From contig NZ_CP025544.1 in the NCBI RefSeq assembly GCF_003366055.1, forward strand, positions 477,278 to 541,277: DNA of 64,000 nucleotides, given 5' to 3'. Position numbers and translations under genes: made by a program. Shown here in pieces: positions 38,570 through 49,588 of the stretch (positions are counted from its first letter, which is position 1; each line of letters begins with the position of its first letter). The notes beneath the pieces were generated by a model. That model had not been told where the DNA came from, searched no databases, and was given only the letters and a program-made list of their open reading frames with translations. This DNA comes from Candidatus Chromulinivorax destructor (GTDB lineage: Bacteria; Babelota; Babeliae; Babelales; Chromulinivoraceae).

Positions 38570-39568
38570 TTACTCTTCCCAATCAAGCGAACCAGCTGCC
38601 TGGTATTCAGTCACACGAGTTTCAAAGAAATTCTTTTCTTTGCTTAAATCTGTTGCTTGCGACATCCAAGGAAATGGATTTTCTACATGATAAATACTTT
38701 GCAATCCAATACGCTCTAAACGACGATCGGCAATATGTTGCACATAATCAACAAATTGCTGGCTTGTTATTCCAAGTAAACCATCTGGACAAGCACTGAT
38801 TGCATACGCAATTTCAAGCTCAACTGCTTGTTTAATTAATGAAACAATCTCTTGCTGGAAAGCTACTGTCCAAATTTCAGGATTTTCTGTACGAATTGTG
38901 TTAATCAAATCACAACCAAATGCTAAATGAATACTTTCATCACGCATAATATATTCAAACTGCTCACCAATGCCTACCATTTTATTATGACGGCGCAATG
39001 ACAACATCATTGCAAAACCAGCATAAAAGAATATTCCTTCCATGATCACGTAATACCCTACAAGATCATGGACAAATTGTTGTGTTGTCTTGGCATCAAC
39101 AATATCAAAGTTAGGGTCAAAAATAGATTTTGTTAAATTAACAACGAAATCATCTTTTGCCTTAATAACATCAACGCTTTCATACATGTTGTAAATCATA
39201 TCTGGATCAAGGCCAAGTGTATCGCAACAATAAATAAACGTATCGGTATGCACAGCTTCTTCAAATGCCTGTCGTAATAAATATTGACGACACTCAGGAT
39301 TTGTTACATGACGATACACTGCAAGCACAAGGTTGTTTGCCGTTAATGACTCGGCAGTTGAAAAAAAACCAAGGTTTAAAAGAACTAAATGGCGCTCTTG
39401 AGGAGTCAGCGCTGTTGCAGATTTCCATTGTTCAACATCTCGTTGCATTGAAACTTCTTCAGGAGTCCAATTATTAGCAATTCCACCTTGATAATATTTT
39501 CTTGCCCATAAATATCTCATTGGTAAAATTTTATTAGGATCTGTTTTTGAATCTCGAATTATTCCCAT
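38570..39568 (-). CDS. nrdB: ribonucleotide reductase class Ia beta subunit
   Basis: di-iron ligand helices (EAVHTDTF, E..H motifs), characteristic C-terminal tail ...SLDWEE. Confidence 0.85.
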   Translation of the reverse strand: MGIIRDSKTDPNKILPMRYLWARKYYQGGIANNWTPEEVSMQRDVEQWKSATALTPQERHLVLLNLGFFSTAESLTANNLVLAVYRHVTNPECRQYLLRQAFEEAVHTDTFIYCCDTLGLDPDMIYNMYESVDVIKAKDDFVVNLTKSIFDPNFDIVDAKTTQQFVHDLVGYYVIMEGIFFYAGFAMMLSLRRHNKMVGIGEQFEYIMRDESIHLAFGCDLINTIRTENPEIWTVAFQQEIVSLIKQAVELEIAYAISACPDGLLGITSQQFVDYVQHIADRRLERIGLQSIYHVENPFPWMSQATDLSKEKNFFETRVTEYQAAGSLDWEE

Positions 39569-39580
39569 ACTATTCCTTTT

Positions 39581-42097
39581 TTACTGGCATGAATCACAGC
39601 TTGGATCTATCAAGCGACATGATTTTTTTGCTACTTCTTCTATTTCTTGATTTTCATCTGTTGGTGCATTATCTTGCGACGCTGATACAACTGGTGCAGT
39701 TGTACTATCTTTGTACTCACGCATTTGAGTAAATCCATATTTTTGCGCATCAAGTGTTGATTTTTCTACCTGACTAACCGCAAGTGTTCGTAAATAGTAA
39801 AAAGTTTTCAAACCAAGCTTCCAACCTGCCATGTAGACATCATGTAGTTTTTTACCTGAAACTCCTTGCATAAAAACGTTATGAGATTGAGACTGATCAA
39901 TCCATTTTCCACGAGCAGCTGTCATTTTAACCATCCACTCTGGATCAATTTCAAAAGCTGTTTTATACAACGAACGAATATCAGCAGGAATTTCTTCAAT
40001 CTGTTGAATACTTCCATCATAATATTTAATACGATCTCGCATCTGCTCATTCCACAGATTTAACTTCTTAAGATCATCAACAAGATAACTATTTAAAACT
40101 GCAAACTCTCCACTTGAGTTTGCTTTTGCATATAAATTTTTATAAATCGGTTCAATACACGGAAACGAGCCTGAAATATTTGAAATTGTTGCTGTCGGTG
40201 CAATCGCCATGGTATTAGAATTCCTCATGCCATATTTTTGCACAGCCTGACGAACTACAGACCAATCTTTTGTCTCTTTACCAAGCAAAGGAATCTGCAT
40301 GCCACGTTCTTTTGATAATAAAGCAATCGTATCGATAGGGAATATATTTCGATCCCACTTAGAGCCTTTAAACGAAGCATACTGACCACGCTCTTGCGCT
40401 AACTGTGATGAAGCTAAAATTGCATAGTATGAAACCATTTCAATAAGTTGGTCTGAGTAATCCATAGCTTCCTGAGAATCGAAAGGAACACGAAGCTGAA
40501 ATAATGCATCTTGTAATCCCATCACCCCAAGCCCTACTGGACGGTGGCGTTGGTTTGCAACTTGCCCTTCAATAGTAGGATAAAAATTAATATCAATAAC
40601 GTTATCAAGCATACGCATTGCTATTTTTACTGCATCGGCTAACGCAACTTCATTGATTTCTCCATTTTTAATAAACTTCGCTAAGTTTAATGAACCAATA
40701 TTGCAAACCGCAGTTTCTTCACGACTGGTATTCAATGTTATTTCGGTACATAAATTTGATGAATGAATAACACCAACATGATCTTGTGGCGATCGAACAT
40801 TACATGCATCTTTAAATGTTGGCCATGGATGACCAGTTTCAAAAAGCCTTGTCAGTAATTTACGCCATAACTGTTTTGCTGGCATTTTTTTAAATAGCTT
40901 AATTTTACCTTCTTCAGCCATTTGCTCATACATAACATACTGCTCTTCAAATTTCTTACCATAAATTTCATGAAGGTCTGGTGTTTCTTCTGGTGAGAAC
41001 AATGTCCATTGGGCATCTTCTTCAATTCGCTTCATAAACAGGTCAGGAATCCATGCTGCTGTATTCATGTCATGTGTACGACGACGTTCGTCACCGGTAT
41101 TACGACGTAAATCTAAGAAATCTTCAAAATCATAATGCCATGATTCAAGATAAGCGCACACTGCACCACGACGGCTACCACTACGATTAATAGCAGCTGT
41201 TGTGCTGTTTGCAACATTTAAAAATGGAATAACACCCTGTGAACAGGTGTTAATCGAAGTAACCATTGCCCCTGTTCCACGCAAAGCAGTCCAGTCATTT
41301 GCAACTCCGCCAGACCATTTGGACATTTGAGCGTTATCACCAATGCATTTGAATATATGATGTAAGTCATCATCAACAAAGGTAATGTAGCAAGAGCTTA
41401 ATTGTGCTTTATTTTGTCCTGCATGCAAAAGAGTTGGTGTTGATGAAACAAAGAGCATCTTTGATAAAAGATCATAAAATTCTACGGCTTTTTTATTTTT
41501 ATCTTGTTCATTCATAGCAAGACCCATAGCAATACGCATCCAAAAAGCCTGAGGAAGCTCAAAGCGAACATCGTCAAATTTTTGTAAATATCCTGCATAT
41601 ATAGTTTTTAAACCTAAATACCCAAATAAGTCATCGCGGTCAGTTTGCAATGCCTGAGCAAGATACGCAAGGTCATAACTTAAAAGAGCTGCATCAAACA
41701 ACCCAACATCAATTCCTCGATGAATTCCTTGCATGAATGCTGACTGATAAACAGATTGGTAGGTTGCTTCATCATATGATTGTCCTGTAACTTCATACAA
41801 TATTGCATGATTTAATAAACGAGCTGCAACAAAACTGTATGCTTGATCAAGCTCTGAAAATGGTACAGTTGCCAAAACAATAACATTATTAAAATCTTTC
41901 ATACTCATAAAATCGAACATGCTTTGTCGTGCTGTTGCAACGATTTTATCAATATCAACCTGTAGCTCATATCCAAGAGCTGCTCTTGCAACAAGCTTTT
42001 TAATGTCTGAAGAGCTGAAAGATACCGTTGTCATGTCTTTGAGAGTTACATAAAAATTTTTATCAAATAACTTTGTATTTTGGTTTACCACTTTCAA
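39581..42097 (-). CDS. nrdA: ribonucleotide reductase class Ia alpha subunit (first in-frame codon is TTG; a GTG 2 codons in with SD gggag spaced 6 nt is a plausible true start)
   Basis: N-terminal ATP-cone-like region, catalytic Cys/Asn/Glu region (SNLCTEI), C-terminal CxxC tail (CDSCQ). Confidence 0.9.
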   Translation of the reverse strand: MKVVNQNTKLFDKNFYVTLKDMTTVSFSSSDIKKLVARAALGYELQVDIDKIVATARQSMFDFMSMKDFNNVIVLATVPFSELDQAYSFVAARLLNHAILYEVTGQSYDEATYQSVYQSAFMQGIHRGIDVGLFDAALLSYDLAYLAQALQTDRDDLFGYLGLKTIYAGYLQKFDDVRFELPQAFWMRIAMGLAMNEQDKNKKAVEFYDLLSKMLFVSSTPTLLHAGQNKAQLSSCYITFVDDDLHHIFKCIGDNAQMSKWSGGVANDWTALRGTGAMVTSINTCSQGVIPFLNVANSTTAAINRSGSRRGAVCAYLESWHYDFEDFLDLRRNTGDERRRTHDMNTAAWIPDLFMKRIEEDAQWTLFSPEETPDLHEIYGKKFEEQYVMYEQMAEEGKIKLFKKMPAKQLWRKLLTRLFETGHPWPTFKDACNVRSPQDHVGVIHSSNLCTEITLNTSREETAVCNIGSLNLAKFIKNGEINEVALADAVKIAMRMLDNVIDINFYPTIEGQVANQRHRPVGLGVMGLQDALFQLRVPFDSQEAMDYSDQLIEMVSYYAILASSQLAQERGQYASFKGSKWDRNIFPIDTIALLSKERGMQIPLLGKETKDWSVVRQAVQKYGMRNSNTMAIAPTATISNISGSFPCIEPIYKNLYAKANSSGEFAVLNSYLVDDLKKLNLWNEQMRDRIKYYDGSIQQIEEIPADIRSLYKTAFEIDPEWMVKMTAARGKWIDQSQSHNVFMQGVSGKKLHDVYMAGWKLGLKTFYYLRTLAVSQVEKSTLDAQKYGFTQMREYKDSTTAPVVSASQDNAPTDENQEIEEVAKKSCRLIDPSCDSCQ

Positions 42098-42448
42098 CTC
42101 CCGCTCGTCAATGCTTAAATTACATATTGAATTTTTATTACGGTAAAAACTAAATTTGCACGTACTTATAATTACAATAGAAAAAAAGATTATTTAAAAA
42201 ATAATTTTAATCACGTAAATATTCTTAAGTAAGCGCTTTTTTAGCATTTTTATTAAGTAGATTACCTAATTTACGAGTGCTAATCAAGCGATATTTTTTA
42301 ATTTTTTTACAAAAAATAATTCATAAAAAATGTGTTGATTTTATATTTTTTTTCAGGAAGAAAACTTTTTATAAATTATAAAAACAACTCTTTGCATGCA
42401 CCAAAAAGCATCATTTGAATTGTTTATTATAGTTACAAATTCAAAACA

Positions 42449-42479
42449 TTGACAAACAGGCATTTGATCTTGGTATAAT
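42449..42479 (+). promoter_or_regulatory. sigma70-type promoter: TTGACA-17 nt-TGgTATAAT (extended -10)
   Basis: ttgacaaacaggcatttgatcttggtataat, ~45 nt upstream of the 42526 start. Confidence 0.5.
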
Positions 42480-42525
42480 AAAATCAGAAAAAGAGAAAAA
42501 AATAAGTAAACCAAAGGGGGATATC

Positions 42526-43182
42526 ATGAGTTTATATAAAAAAAATCTACTTGCATGCGTCATGCTCATTTCATCAACATTATTTAGCTGTCGTCATGAA
42601 CTAGATCATGGAATCACTGAAATCAAAACTCAAACTGAATTACAAAATATTTTAACAAAAAGCCAAGGTCCAGTTGTAATTTCGTTATCCATGCAAAATT
42701 GTGGATGGTGTCACAAAATGGCTCCCATTATTGAAAAAGCTGCTCATAATAAAAAATTTGAGAATATCGCTTTTTATAAAGCCGATGCTCACGCATTAAC
42801 CCCAGATGAGGGAAAAGAATCTATCCCAACTGAAGATATTGTTGTTCATGCCCTTGCAGGTCAATTAGGTAACAATGATGAAGTAAAAGTACAATTATTA
42901 AAAAATACAAAAAAATCTGATAAAAATGAGCAAGGCGATACAATTATCACCCATGTTCCAGGCTATCCTTTTATCATATTTATAAATAACGGAAAATGTG
43001 TTGGAAAACAAGTTGGTGGAATAGTAAGAACTCAAGAACAAATAAATAAAAAAATATCTGAGGAACAAGTTTTTGCTGACAAACTATCAGCTATCTTTCC
43101 TAATTCAATTGATAACGATACAAAGCAAAATAAATTTAACTTGATACAGCGTAATACACAAAGAACTCAAGTAGGTGCATAA
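42526..43182 (+). CDS. thioredoxin-fold lipoprotein (CxxC = CGWC)
   Basis: lipobox LFSC; VVISLSMQNCGWCHKMAP thioredoxin-like active site. Confidence 0.6.
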   Translation: MSLYKKNLLACVMLISSTLFSCRHELDHGITEIKTQTELQNILTKSQGPVVISLSMQNCGWCHKMAPIIEKAAHNKKFENIAFYKADAHALTPDEGKESIPTEDIVVHALAGQLGNNDEVKVQLLKNTKKSDKNEQGDTIITHVPGYPFIIFINNGKCVGKQVGGIVRTQEQINKKISEEQVFADKLSAIFPNSIDNDTKQNKFNLIQRNTQRTQVGA

Positions 43183-43184
43183 TG

Positions 43185-43216
43185 AAAAAGGGCGGAGTTT
43201 AATCCGCCCTTTTCTA
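43185..43216. terminator. bidirectional terminator aagggcgga-gtttaa-tccgccctt
   Basis: between convergent 42526 (+) and hppA (-). Confidence 0.55.
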
Positions 43217-43233
43217 TACTCTATAATTAAAGT

Positions 43234-45204
43234 TTATGAAACAAGTAGCAATGCTACAACTGACATAAGTTTAATCAAAATGTTTAATGCTGGACCAGAT
43301 GTATCCTTGAAAGGATCTCCAACTGTATCACCAACAATAGCCGCTTTGTGTGCATCAGAACCTTTGCCACCTAATTCACCAGATTCGATGAATTTTTTAG
43401 CATTATCCCATGCTCCACCGCCATTTGCCATCATTAATGCTAGCAATACACCTACAACAGTCGCACCAACCAGTAAACCACCTAAAGCATGTACGCCTAG
43501 AAGGTAGAAAACTACGATTGGAGCTAGAATTGATAATACACCAGGTAAAACCATTTCTTGCAATGCTGCTTTGGTTGCAATTGCGATACAGCTTTCGTAA
43601 TCAGGATCTGTTGTACCTTCAGCTAAGCCTGCAATTTCTTTAAATTGACGACGAACTTCAACAACCATTTTTAATGCTGCATCACCAACTGAACGCATAG
43701 TTAATGCTGAAATTAAAAATGGCATAACTCCGCCAATAAATACGCCTGCTAATACCGTAGGATCAATAACGTTAATTGCATCAATGCCTGCTTGTTGAGC
43801 AAACGCGTTGAATAGAGCAACTGATGTCATTAACGCTGAACCAATAGCAAAACCTTTACCCATAGCTGCTGTTGTGTTACCAAGAGCATCTAAACCGTCA
43901 GTGATTTTACGAACTGATTTATCAAAACCAGCCATTTCTGCAATACCGCCTGCGTTATCCGCAATAGGCCCGTACGCATCAACAGTCATCGTGATACCAA
44001 CTGTTGCAAGCATACCAACTGCAGCGATTGATACACCAAATAAACCACCGCCGTAAGTAAATGCTAATAGAGTTGCACCAGACAAGAATAAAACAGGGAA
44101 TACAGTTGATTCCATACCTACAGATAAACCGTAAATAATGTTGGTAGCTGCACCAGAAATTGAGCTGCGAGCAACATCAACCATTGGTTTTCCGCCTGTA
44201 TAATATTCAGTGATCATACCAATAGCTACACCTGAAATACACCCAATGATAACTGCTACAAAGTAGTTCATATCAATTGCCATGTAATTCATATATGCGT
44301 ATGCAAGAGATAAGAAAACAACCATTGCAAAGTATGTTGCATTACGCAATAACGCTGCTGGAGATTGTTTGATTACATAACCAAAGAAAATACCGCACGC
44401 AGAACCAAAAAGTCCCAATGCTGATAAAACTAATGGTAATGAAACAAGATCAAAAGAGTAGCCAGCGCTTAATGCTAAAATAATCGCTGAAATCATTGCA
44501 CCAACATATGATTCAAAAATATCTGCACCCATACCAGCAGTATCACCAACACAATCACCAACGTTATCTGCAATAACTGCAGGGTTTCTTGGATCATCTT
44601 CAGGAATACCTAGTTCTAATTTACCAACTAAATCAGCACCAACGTCAGCAGACTTAGTATAAATACCGCCACCAACACGAGCAAAGAAAGCTACTAAGCT
44701 TGAACCTGCTGCAAATGCAGTTAACACTTGAACAAAATGAGATAATTCAGAAGTAAAAAAGAAAACAACCCCAAGACCTAAAAGCCCAAAACTTGCTACT
44801 GCAAATCCCATAACTCCGCCGCCAAAGAAAGCTGTTAACAAAGCCGCTGATTCACCTAAGTCTTTTGCAGCAATTGTTGTTCTTACGTTTGCGCCTGTTG
44901 CAGCACGCATACCGATAAAACCAACAAACATAGAAATTGCACAGGACAATAAAAATGCTGCAGGAACATAGAAATCATGAGTTGCATAAACTAATAATGC
45001 TGCAACTGCTAGAGCTACACCACTAATAATTTTATACTCTTCTCGTAAAAATATCATCGCACCACTACGAATAGCTAACGCAATTTTAGCAGCCTTGATA
45101 TCATTAACCTTAATAGATGCTATGCGCATATTAAGGAAAAGAATAACAAGAAAGCCTAAAATCGATGCGCCAGCAATTATTGCGTATAAACAATCACTTG
45201 TCAT
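43234..45204 (-). CDS. hppA: membrane-bound proton-translocating pyrophosphatase (likely K+-dependent subtype: GNTTAA rather than GNTTKA)
   Basis: [54 protein letters not shown]; ~16 TM helices. Confidence 0.9.
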   Translation of the reverse strand: MTSDCLYAIIAGASILGFLVILFLNMRIASIKVNDIKAAKIALAIRSGAMIFLREEYKIISGVALAVAALLVYATHDFYVPAAFLLSCAISMFVGFIGMRAATGANVRTTIAAKDLGESAALLTAFFGGGVMGFAVASFGLLGLGVVFFFTSELSHFVQVLTAFAAGSSLVAFFARVGGGIYTKSADVGADLVGKLELGIPEDDPRNPAVIADNVGDCVGDTAGMGADIFESYVGAMISAIILALSAGYSFDLVSLPLVLSALGLFGSACGIFFGYVIKQSPAALLRNATYFAMVVFLSLAYAYMNYMAIDMNYFVAVIIGCISGVAIGMITEYYTGGKPMVDVARSSISGAATNIIYGLSVGMESTVFPVLFLSGATLLAFTYGGGLFGVSIAAVGMLATVGITMTVDAYGPIADNAGGIAEMAGFDKSVRKITDGLDALGNTTAAMGKGFAIGSALMTSVALFNAFAQQAGIDAINVIDPTVLAGVFIGGVMPFLISALTMRSVGDAALKMVVEVRRQFKEIAGLAEGTTDPDYESCIAIATKAALQEMVLPGVLSILAPIVVFYLLGVHALGGLLVGATVVGVLLALMMANGGGAWDNAKKFIESGELGGKGSDAHKAAIVGDTVGDPFKDTSGPALNILIKLMSVVALLLVS

Positions 45205-45265
45205 AGCTAAACCACCTTTGAATTTATTGAAATTAAACTGACATTATAGTAAAAAAATACCTTTT

Positions 45266-46717
45266 TTACAGGCTTTTGTAAAGACTATCTTCTCTCAAAA
45301 AGGGCCGAATGATCGCTCTTTCCTTAAATGGGAACGTCAAGTGCCCAACAATTTGGTATTCATCACGACCTTTTCCAAGCACAGCAATCACACTACCTTG
45401 TCGCGATAATTGATACGCAAGTTCAATAGCTTTCGTTCTATTCAACTCTCGAATGTGCTCAAATTCTCTCATTCCCGTAAATCCTGCAACAATATCGTCT
45501 GCAATCGCTGCTGCTGATTCATCACGAGGATTATCTGATGTCACAATCGCAATATCAGAATATTTTTCTACAATTGCTCCCATCATAGGCCGTTTACTCC
45601 GATCACGAGCACCACCTGCACCAAAAACGACAACTAAGTGGTCGGTCATTTGGCGTAACGTTGAAAGAACCGCTTCATAGGAAGAAGGGTTATGAGCATA
45701 ATCAATAAAGCAAGTTGCCCCATTTTTTAATGGGTACTGCTCCATGCGACCAGGAATTTGCGCCAGTGAAGCTGTTGTAGGTTCTATTGATGCAAAAGAA
45801 AAACCAAGACTGTGCATCACAATAATTGCGGATAATAAATTATACGCATTAAATTTACCAACAAGATTTGCATGAAATGCATACATATTTTCATCATGCT
45901 TAAGTTGCAATAAAATTGATCGTGATGAAAGCGTCGCTAATGCATATCTTGTAGCTGTTGGATTTTCTAACGAAAAAGAACTATACAAAGGATATTGATA
46001 AAGTAATTGAGCTCCTGATGGATCTTGCGCATTAATAAACATATGAGCTGGATCTTTTACCATGCTAAAAAAAGTAACCTTAGCATCCAAATATTCTTGC
46101 ATATCTTTATAAAATTCAAGATGCTCTAACGAAAAATTAGTAAAGACTCCTGCGTCAAACTCAAGTCCATATACACGATATAAACTTAATGATTGAGCTG
46201 AGACTTCCATCACAACATATTCCATTTCTTGCTGCACACACAAATCAAAAAACATATGTAAATGTTCAGGTAAAGGTGTTGTTAAGTTTACTGCAACAAG
46301 CTGAGAACCTATTATTTTTTCAGCAGTGCTGACAAGGGCTACTTTTTTTCCTTGTTCTTTGAGCAAATGGTAGATCATGTAGGAAGTTGATGTTTTACCT
46401 TTTGTCCCAGTTATTCCAATTAATTTTAATTTTTTTGCAGGATGATTGAGTGCTTGCGCTATCATCTCAGCTAAAGCTTTACGGCAATTTTCAACATAGA
46501 TACATGAAATATGAGATCGAATCATGTCGTCAATAACATCACTTGGCAACACAACACCCTGCTGCACAACAATAGTTGTCGCACCTTTTTCAAGAGCTAA
46601 ACGAATGTAGGCAGCGCCGTTTTCTTTTGTACCTGGAATCGCTACAAAAGTAGAACCAGCCCCCACGTTGTCCGTGTGGCTGGTTACAGGATATATTTTT
46701 GGTAATTCTAACTTCAT
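45266..46717 (-). CDS. murE: UDP-N-acetylmuramoyl-tripeptide ligase MurE (start at MKLELPKIY; track ORF has a spurious 64-codon N-extension overlapping the upstream gene)
   Basis: P-loop GITGTKGKTST; DNPR motif (VTSDNPRDE) diagnostic of MurE; DYAHNP. Confidence 0.8.
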   Translation of the reverse strand: MKLELPKIYPVTSHTDNVGAGSTFVAIPGTKENGAAYIRLALEKGATTIVVQQGVVLPSDVIDDMIRSHISCIYVENCRKALAEMIAQALNHPAKKLKLIGITGTKGKTSTSYMIYHLLKEQGKKVALVSTAEKIIGSQLVAVNLTTPLPEHLHMFFDLCVQQEMEYVVMEVSAQSLSLYRVYGLEFDAGVFTNFSLEHLEFYKDMQEYLDAKVTFFSMVKDPAHMFINAQDPSGAQLLYQYPLYSSFSLENPTATRYALATLSSRSILLQLKHDENMYAFHANLVGKFNAYNLLSAIIVMHSLGFSFASIEPTTASLAQIPGRMEQYPLKNGATCFIDYAHNPSSYEAVLSTLRQMTDHLVVVFGAGGARDRSKRPMMGAIVEKYSDIAIVTSDNPRDESAAAIADDIVAGFTGMREFEHIRELNRTKAIELAYQLSRQGSVIAVLGKGRDEYQIVGHLTFPFKERAIIRPFLREDSLYKSL

Positions 46718-46719
46718 GG

Positions 46720-48069
46720 TTATACGCGTTGACTTTCGTAAGTAGTAAGACCTTTTTTCACCACGGCAATAAACCAAAGAACACCGACGATGTTTACAAT
46801 AAATAGACCTGCATTGACCAAATCTGCAATATTTAAAATGAGGTATACATCCATATACGTTCCAAAGAAAGCACTTGCTGCGTATAATAATGGAAAAATG
46901 TACATACATTTACCGCCAGTTAAAAAGCTCCAACAAATTCTGCCAAGATATGCATATGAAACTAAAACGCTCACCCCAAAATTAATAACTAAGAACGAGA
47001 TAATCCAGCCGCCAAACCAACCAAATACAGTTTCGTATGCTGAGATAACCATAGCTGAACTGGTTTCACCGCTACCGTTATTCCAAACACCACTTGAAAG
47101 CAATGATAACGCGATCATTAAACAAACAATGTGGGTGTTAATATAAACACTCAACATAGATAAAACACTGTCTTTAACTGCATGCTCACCCGTTGTAGCA
47201 CCAAATGCAACCGCTGCTGTCCCTAAACCTGCCTCATGAATTAAAATGCCACGTTGAAAGCCAACTGCTATTGATTTTTGTAAAGCATAGCCAAAAGAAC
47301 CACCAATGAAAGCTTGCGGATTGAAAGCTCCATCAAATATCAAATAAAATGCATGTGGGATCATTTGATAGTGATACATTAAAACTATTAATGATGAACC
47401 AACAAAAAGAGCAACTTTAAAAGGAACTAAAAGATCTAAATATGAAACAATACGCTGCGCACCACCAATTAAAACATACCCAATAAAAGCTAAAGCAAAA
47501 TAAGCAGTAATATAAGGATCAATCCCCCATGTTTTTTGTAATGCAAGGCCAACAGTATTACACTGAATCATATTGCCACCAAACAATGCATAACCTAAAC
47601 AAAATATAGCAAATGCATATGATAAGAAAATTCCCATTGGCAACAAGCTTAAATAGAGCATTGGTCCGCCTTTAGCACTTCCAAATCTATACTTGCCAAT
47701 AAAAGCCATTCCTAAATATACTTCTGCATACCGAAGGGCTACTGCACATGTTGAAGCTACTAAAAGCCAAAATACTGCACCTGGTCCACCAATACATATT
47801 GCAGCTGGAACGCCTGATAAACTACCATTTCCAATATTTGCACCAAGCGTATTAATAAATGCTTGAAATGCTGTTAATTCGCCACTTTTTTTAGTCGCAG
47901 AAACATCTACCTGTGGAGAAAAAATCATGCCAATAGCACTAAAAAAATGCCGAAATTGAACAAAGCGTAATTGAAGCGTCACAAAGACAGAGACTCCAAA
48001 AATACCAATTAACAAAGGAAAGCTCCATATATTTTGAGCCGCAATGGTAATAATAGATGAAATATCCAT
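46720..48069 (-). CDS. sodium:alanine symporter family (AGCS) transporter
   Basis: GGPGAVFWLLV signature, ~11 TM; SD aaggaa; 2-nt gap to murE. Confidence 0.8.
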   Translation of the reverse strand: MDISSIITIAAQNIWSFPLLIGIFGVSVFVTLQLRFVQFRHFFSAIGMIFSPQVDVSATKKSGELTAFQAFINTLGANIGNGSLSGVPAAICIGGPGAVFWLLVASTCAVALRYAEVYLGMAFIGKYRFGSAKGGPMLYLSLLPMGIFLSYAFAIFCLGYALFGGNMIQCNTVGLALQKTWGIDPYITAYFALAFIGYVLIGGAQRIVSYLDLLVPFKVALFVGSSLIVLMYHYQMIPHAFYLIFDGAFNPQAFIGGSFGYALQKSIAVGFQRGILIHEAGLGTAAVAFGATTGEHAVKDSVLSMLSVYINTHIVCLMIALSLLSSGVWNNGSGETSSAMVISAYETVFGWFGGWIISFLVINFGVSVLVSYAYLGRICWSFLTGGKCMYIFPLLYAASAFFGTYMDVYLILNIADLVNAGLFIVNIVGVLWFIAVVKKGLTTYESQRV

Positions 48070-48192
48070 AGTATTCCTTAATTAAAGAGCGATTATGTGG
48101 TATATCTGTTTATTAGCATACATAAAAACTTAAAAGAATCACGCAAAAAATAGCTGATTTGCGATCGAATTTTAATTCAAAAAGGATGTCCC

Positions 48193-48600
48193 ATGAGAAT
48201 TATGGCTCTTGATCTTGGTGATGCATGGGTAGGAACTGCTTTAACAGATCAACTAAGATTTTTTGTTAAACCATATAAAACTGTTGCTGCAGCAGACCTT
48301 GAAATATTTTTAACACAAGCGCTTGTACAAGAAAAAGTTTCTGAAGTTGTTGTTGGCTATCCAAAAACAATGCAAGGAACCGAAAGCGATCAAACTCGCT
48401 TAGTTGTTGCAACCAAAGAAAGATTACAGGACATGTTCCCTTTAATAAAATGGGTTTTATGGGACGAACGATTAACAAGCAAACAAGCACAAAAAATTCG
48501 TAGCCCGAAAAATAAAGAAGAAAAACTTGCACAACACTCAATCGCTGCTGCTATAATACTTGAATCGTATTTACCTTTTAGCAATCAATCAATTTCTTGA
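48193..48600 (+). CDS. ruvX: YqgF/RuvX putative pre-16S rRNA nuclease / Holliday-junction resolvase-like
   Basis: N-terminal MRIMALDLGDAWVGTALTD (RNase H-like fold). Confidence 0.8.
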   Translation: MRIMALDLGDAWVGTALTDQLRFFVKPYKTVAAADLEIFLTQALVQEKVSEVVVGYPKTMQGTESDQTRLVVATKERLQDMFPLIKWVLWDERLTSKQAQKIRSPKNKEEKLAQHSIAAAIILESYLPFSNQSIS

Positions 48601-48676
48601 CATTAATAAGCATCTTTATTTAAAGTCTTTTAATAAAAAGAACATGCAACATTATTAAAATGAAAATGGAGTAATA

Positions 48677-48850
48677 ATGAAGTGTAGAAAGTGCTCAGGT
48701 CTCATGATTCAGCAATCTTTTTTCGATCACTTTTTAAGCTTTGAAGGATGGAAATGCTTAAATTGCGGAAAGGTCTCTTTAAAAAAAGAAAAAACATTAG
48801 AGTTTGACCACTTTGGAATATTTTTACAACAACAAAAAGTTAAGAAATAA
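48677..48850 (+). CDS. small zinc-ribbon protein (57 aa; below ORF-track cutoff)
   Basis: SD aatggag; CxxC...CxxC (CRKCSG...CLNCGK); ends 10 nt before tsaB. Confidence 0.3.
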   Translation: MKCRKCSGLMIQQSFFDHFLSFEGWKCLNCGKVSLKKEKTLEFDHFGIFLQQQKVKK

Positions 48851-48859
48851 ATAGGCTTC

Positions 48860-49507
48860 ATGTCATACATCATAACTATTCAGTACCCATACCAGTATCT
48901 TGAAGTGAGTATTGCATGCAATTCAATTACACTTGAAACAGTGGTGGTACCAAAAATACAAGCTGTTGGATTAATAATTCCAACGCTTGCACAACTGCTA
49001 ACAAACCATGGTCTGATTTTATCAGACATTGCATGCATTGGAATCAATACAGGACCTGGTCCATTTAATACCTTACGAGCAATTATTGCAACAGCAAATG
49101 GAATTTCGTTTGCTCAAAAAACTCCTTTAATTGATTGTAATGGCTTAGAACTTCTTTTGCAGGAAAATAAACAAGAACATCAAGTCGCAATTCTTGACGC
49201 CTTTGGTAACGATGTTTATTTTGCAATAAAATCATCTGGGCAACAAGGCTATACATCTATTTGCAATCTGGTTGAAATGCTTAATAACACGTATAAAAAT
49301 CAGTCATTATTATTTGTAGGCAACGGATCAGTTAAGCATCAATTGTATATTTCTCAAAAATTTGCGGGCAATGCACACATTGACCAAGAACTACTCTTTG
49401 CAAGTTCAACTGCACTGCTGAATCAAACCTATAAAAAATATCGTGAAAACAACACAGCTACAGAAATTTTTCCCTTGTACTTTCAAAGCCCTGTTACCAA
49501 ATCTTAA
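48860..49507 (+). CDS. tsaB: tRNA t6A37 modification protein TsaB (YeaZ-like)
   Basis: ASKHA-fold motifs DIACIGINTGPGPFNTLRAIIATANGISFAQKTPL. Confidence 0.65.
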   Translation: MSYIITIQYPYQYLEVSIACNSITLETVVVPKIQAVGLIIPTLAQLLTNHGLILSDIACIGINTGPGPFNTLRAIIATANGISFAQKTPLIDCNGLELLLQENKQEHQVAILDAFGNDVYFAIKSSGQQGYTSICNLVEMLNNTYKNQSLLFVGNGSVKHQLYISQKFAGNAHIDQELLFASSTALLNQTYKKYRENNTATEIFPLYFQSPVTKS

Positions 49508-49588
49508 AAACTATTTTCTATGCAAAAATTAAAAGAGACTTTTTAGCTCACACCTCAAAGTCTCTTAATGTATTTTTAGTTTATGAAA

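Noticed and set aside
45266-46909. Long N-terminal extension of murE in the ORF track (Cys/Arg-rich 64 aa) overlapping the symporter gene
   Set aside because: The extension overlaps the upstream gene's coding region and is low complexity. Conserved MurE sequence begins at MKLELPKIY (46717), 2 nt after the upstream stop.
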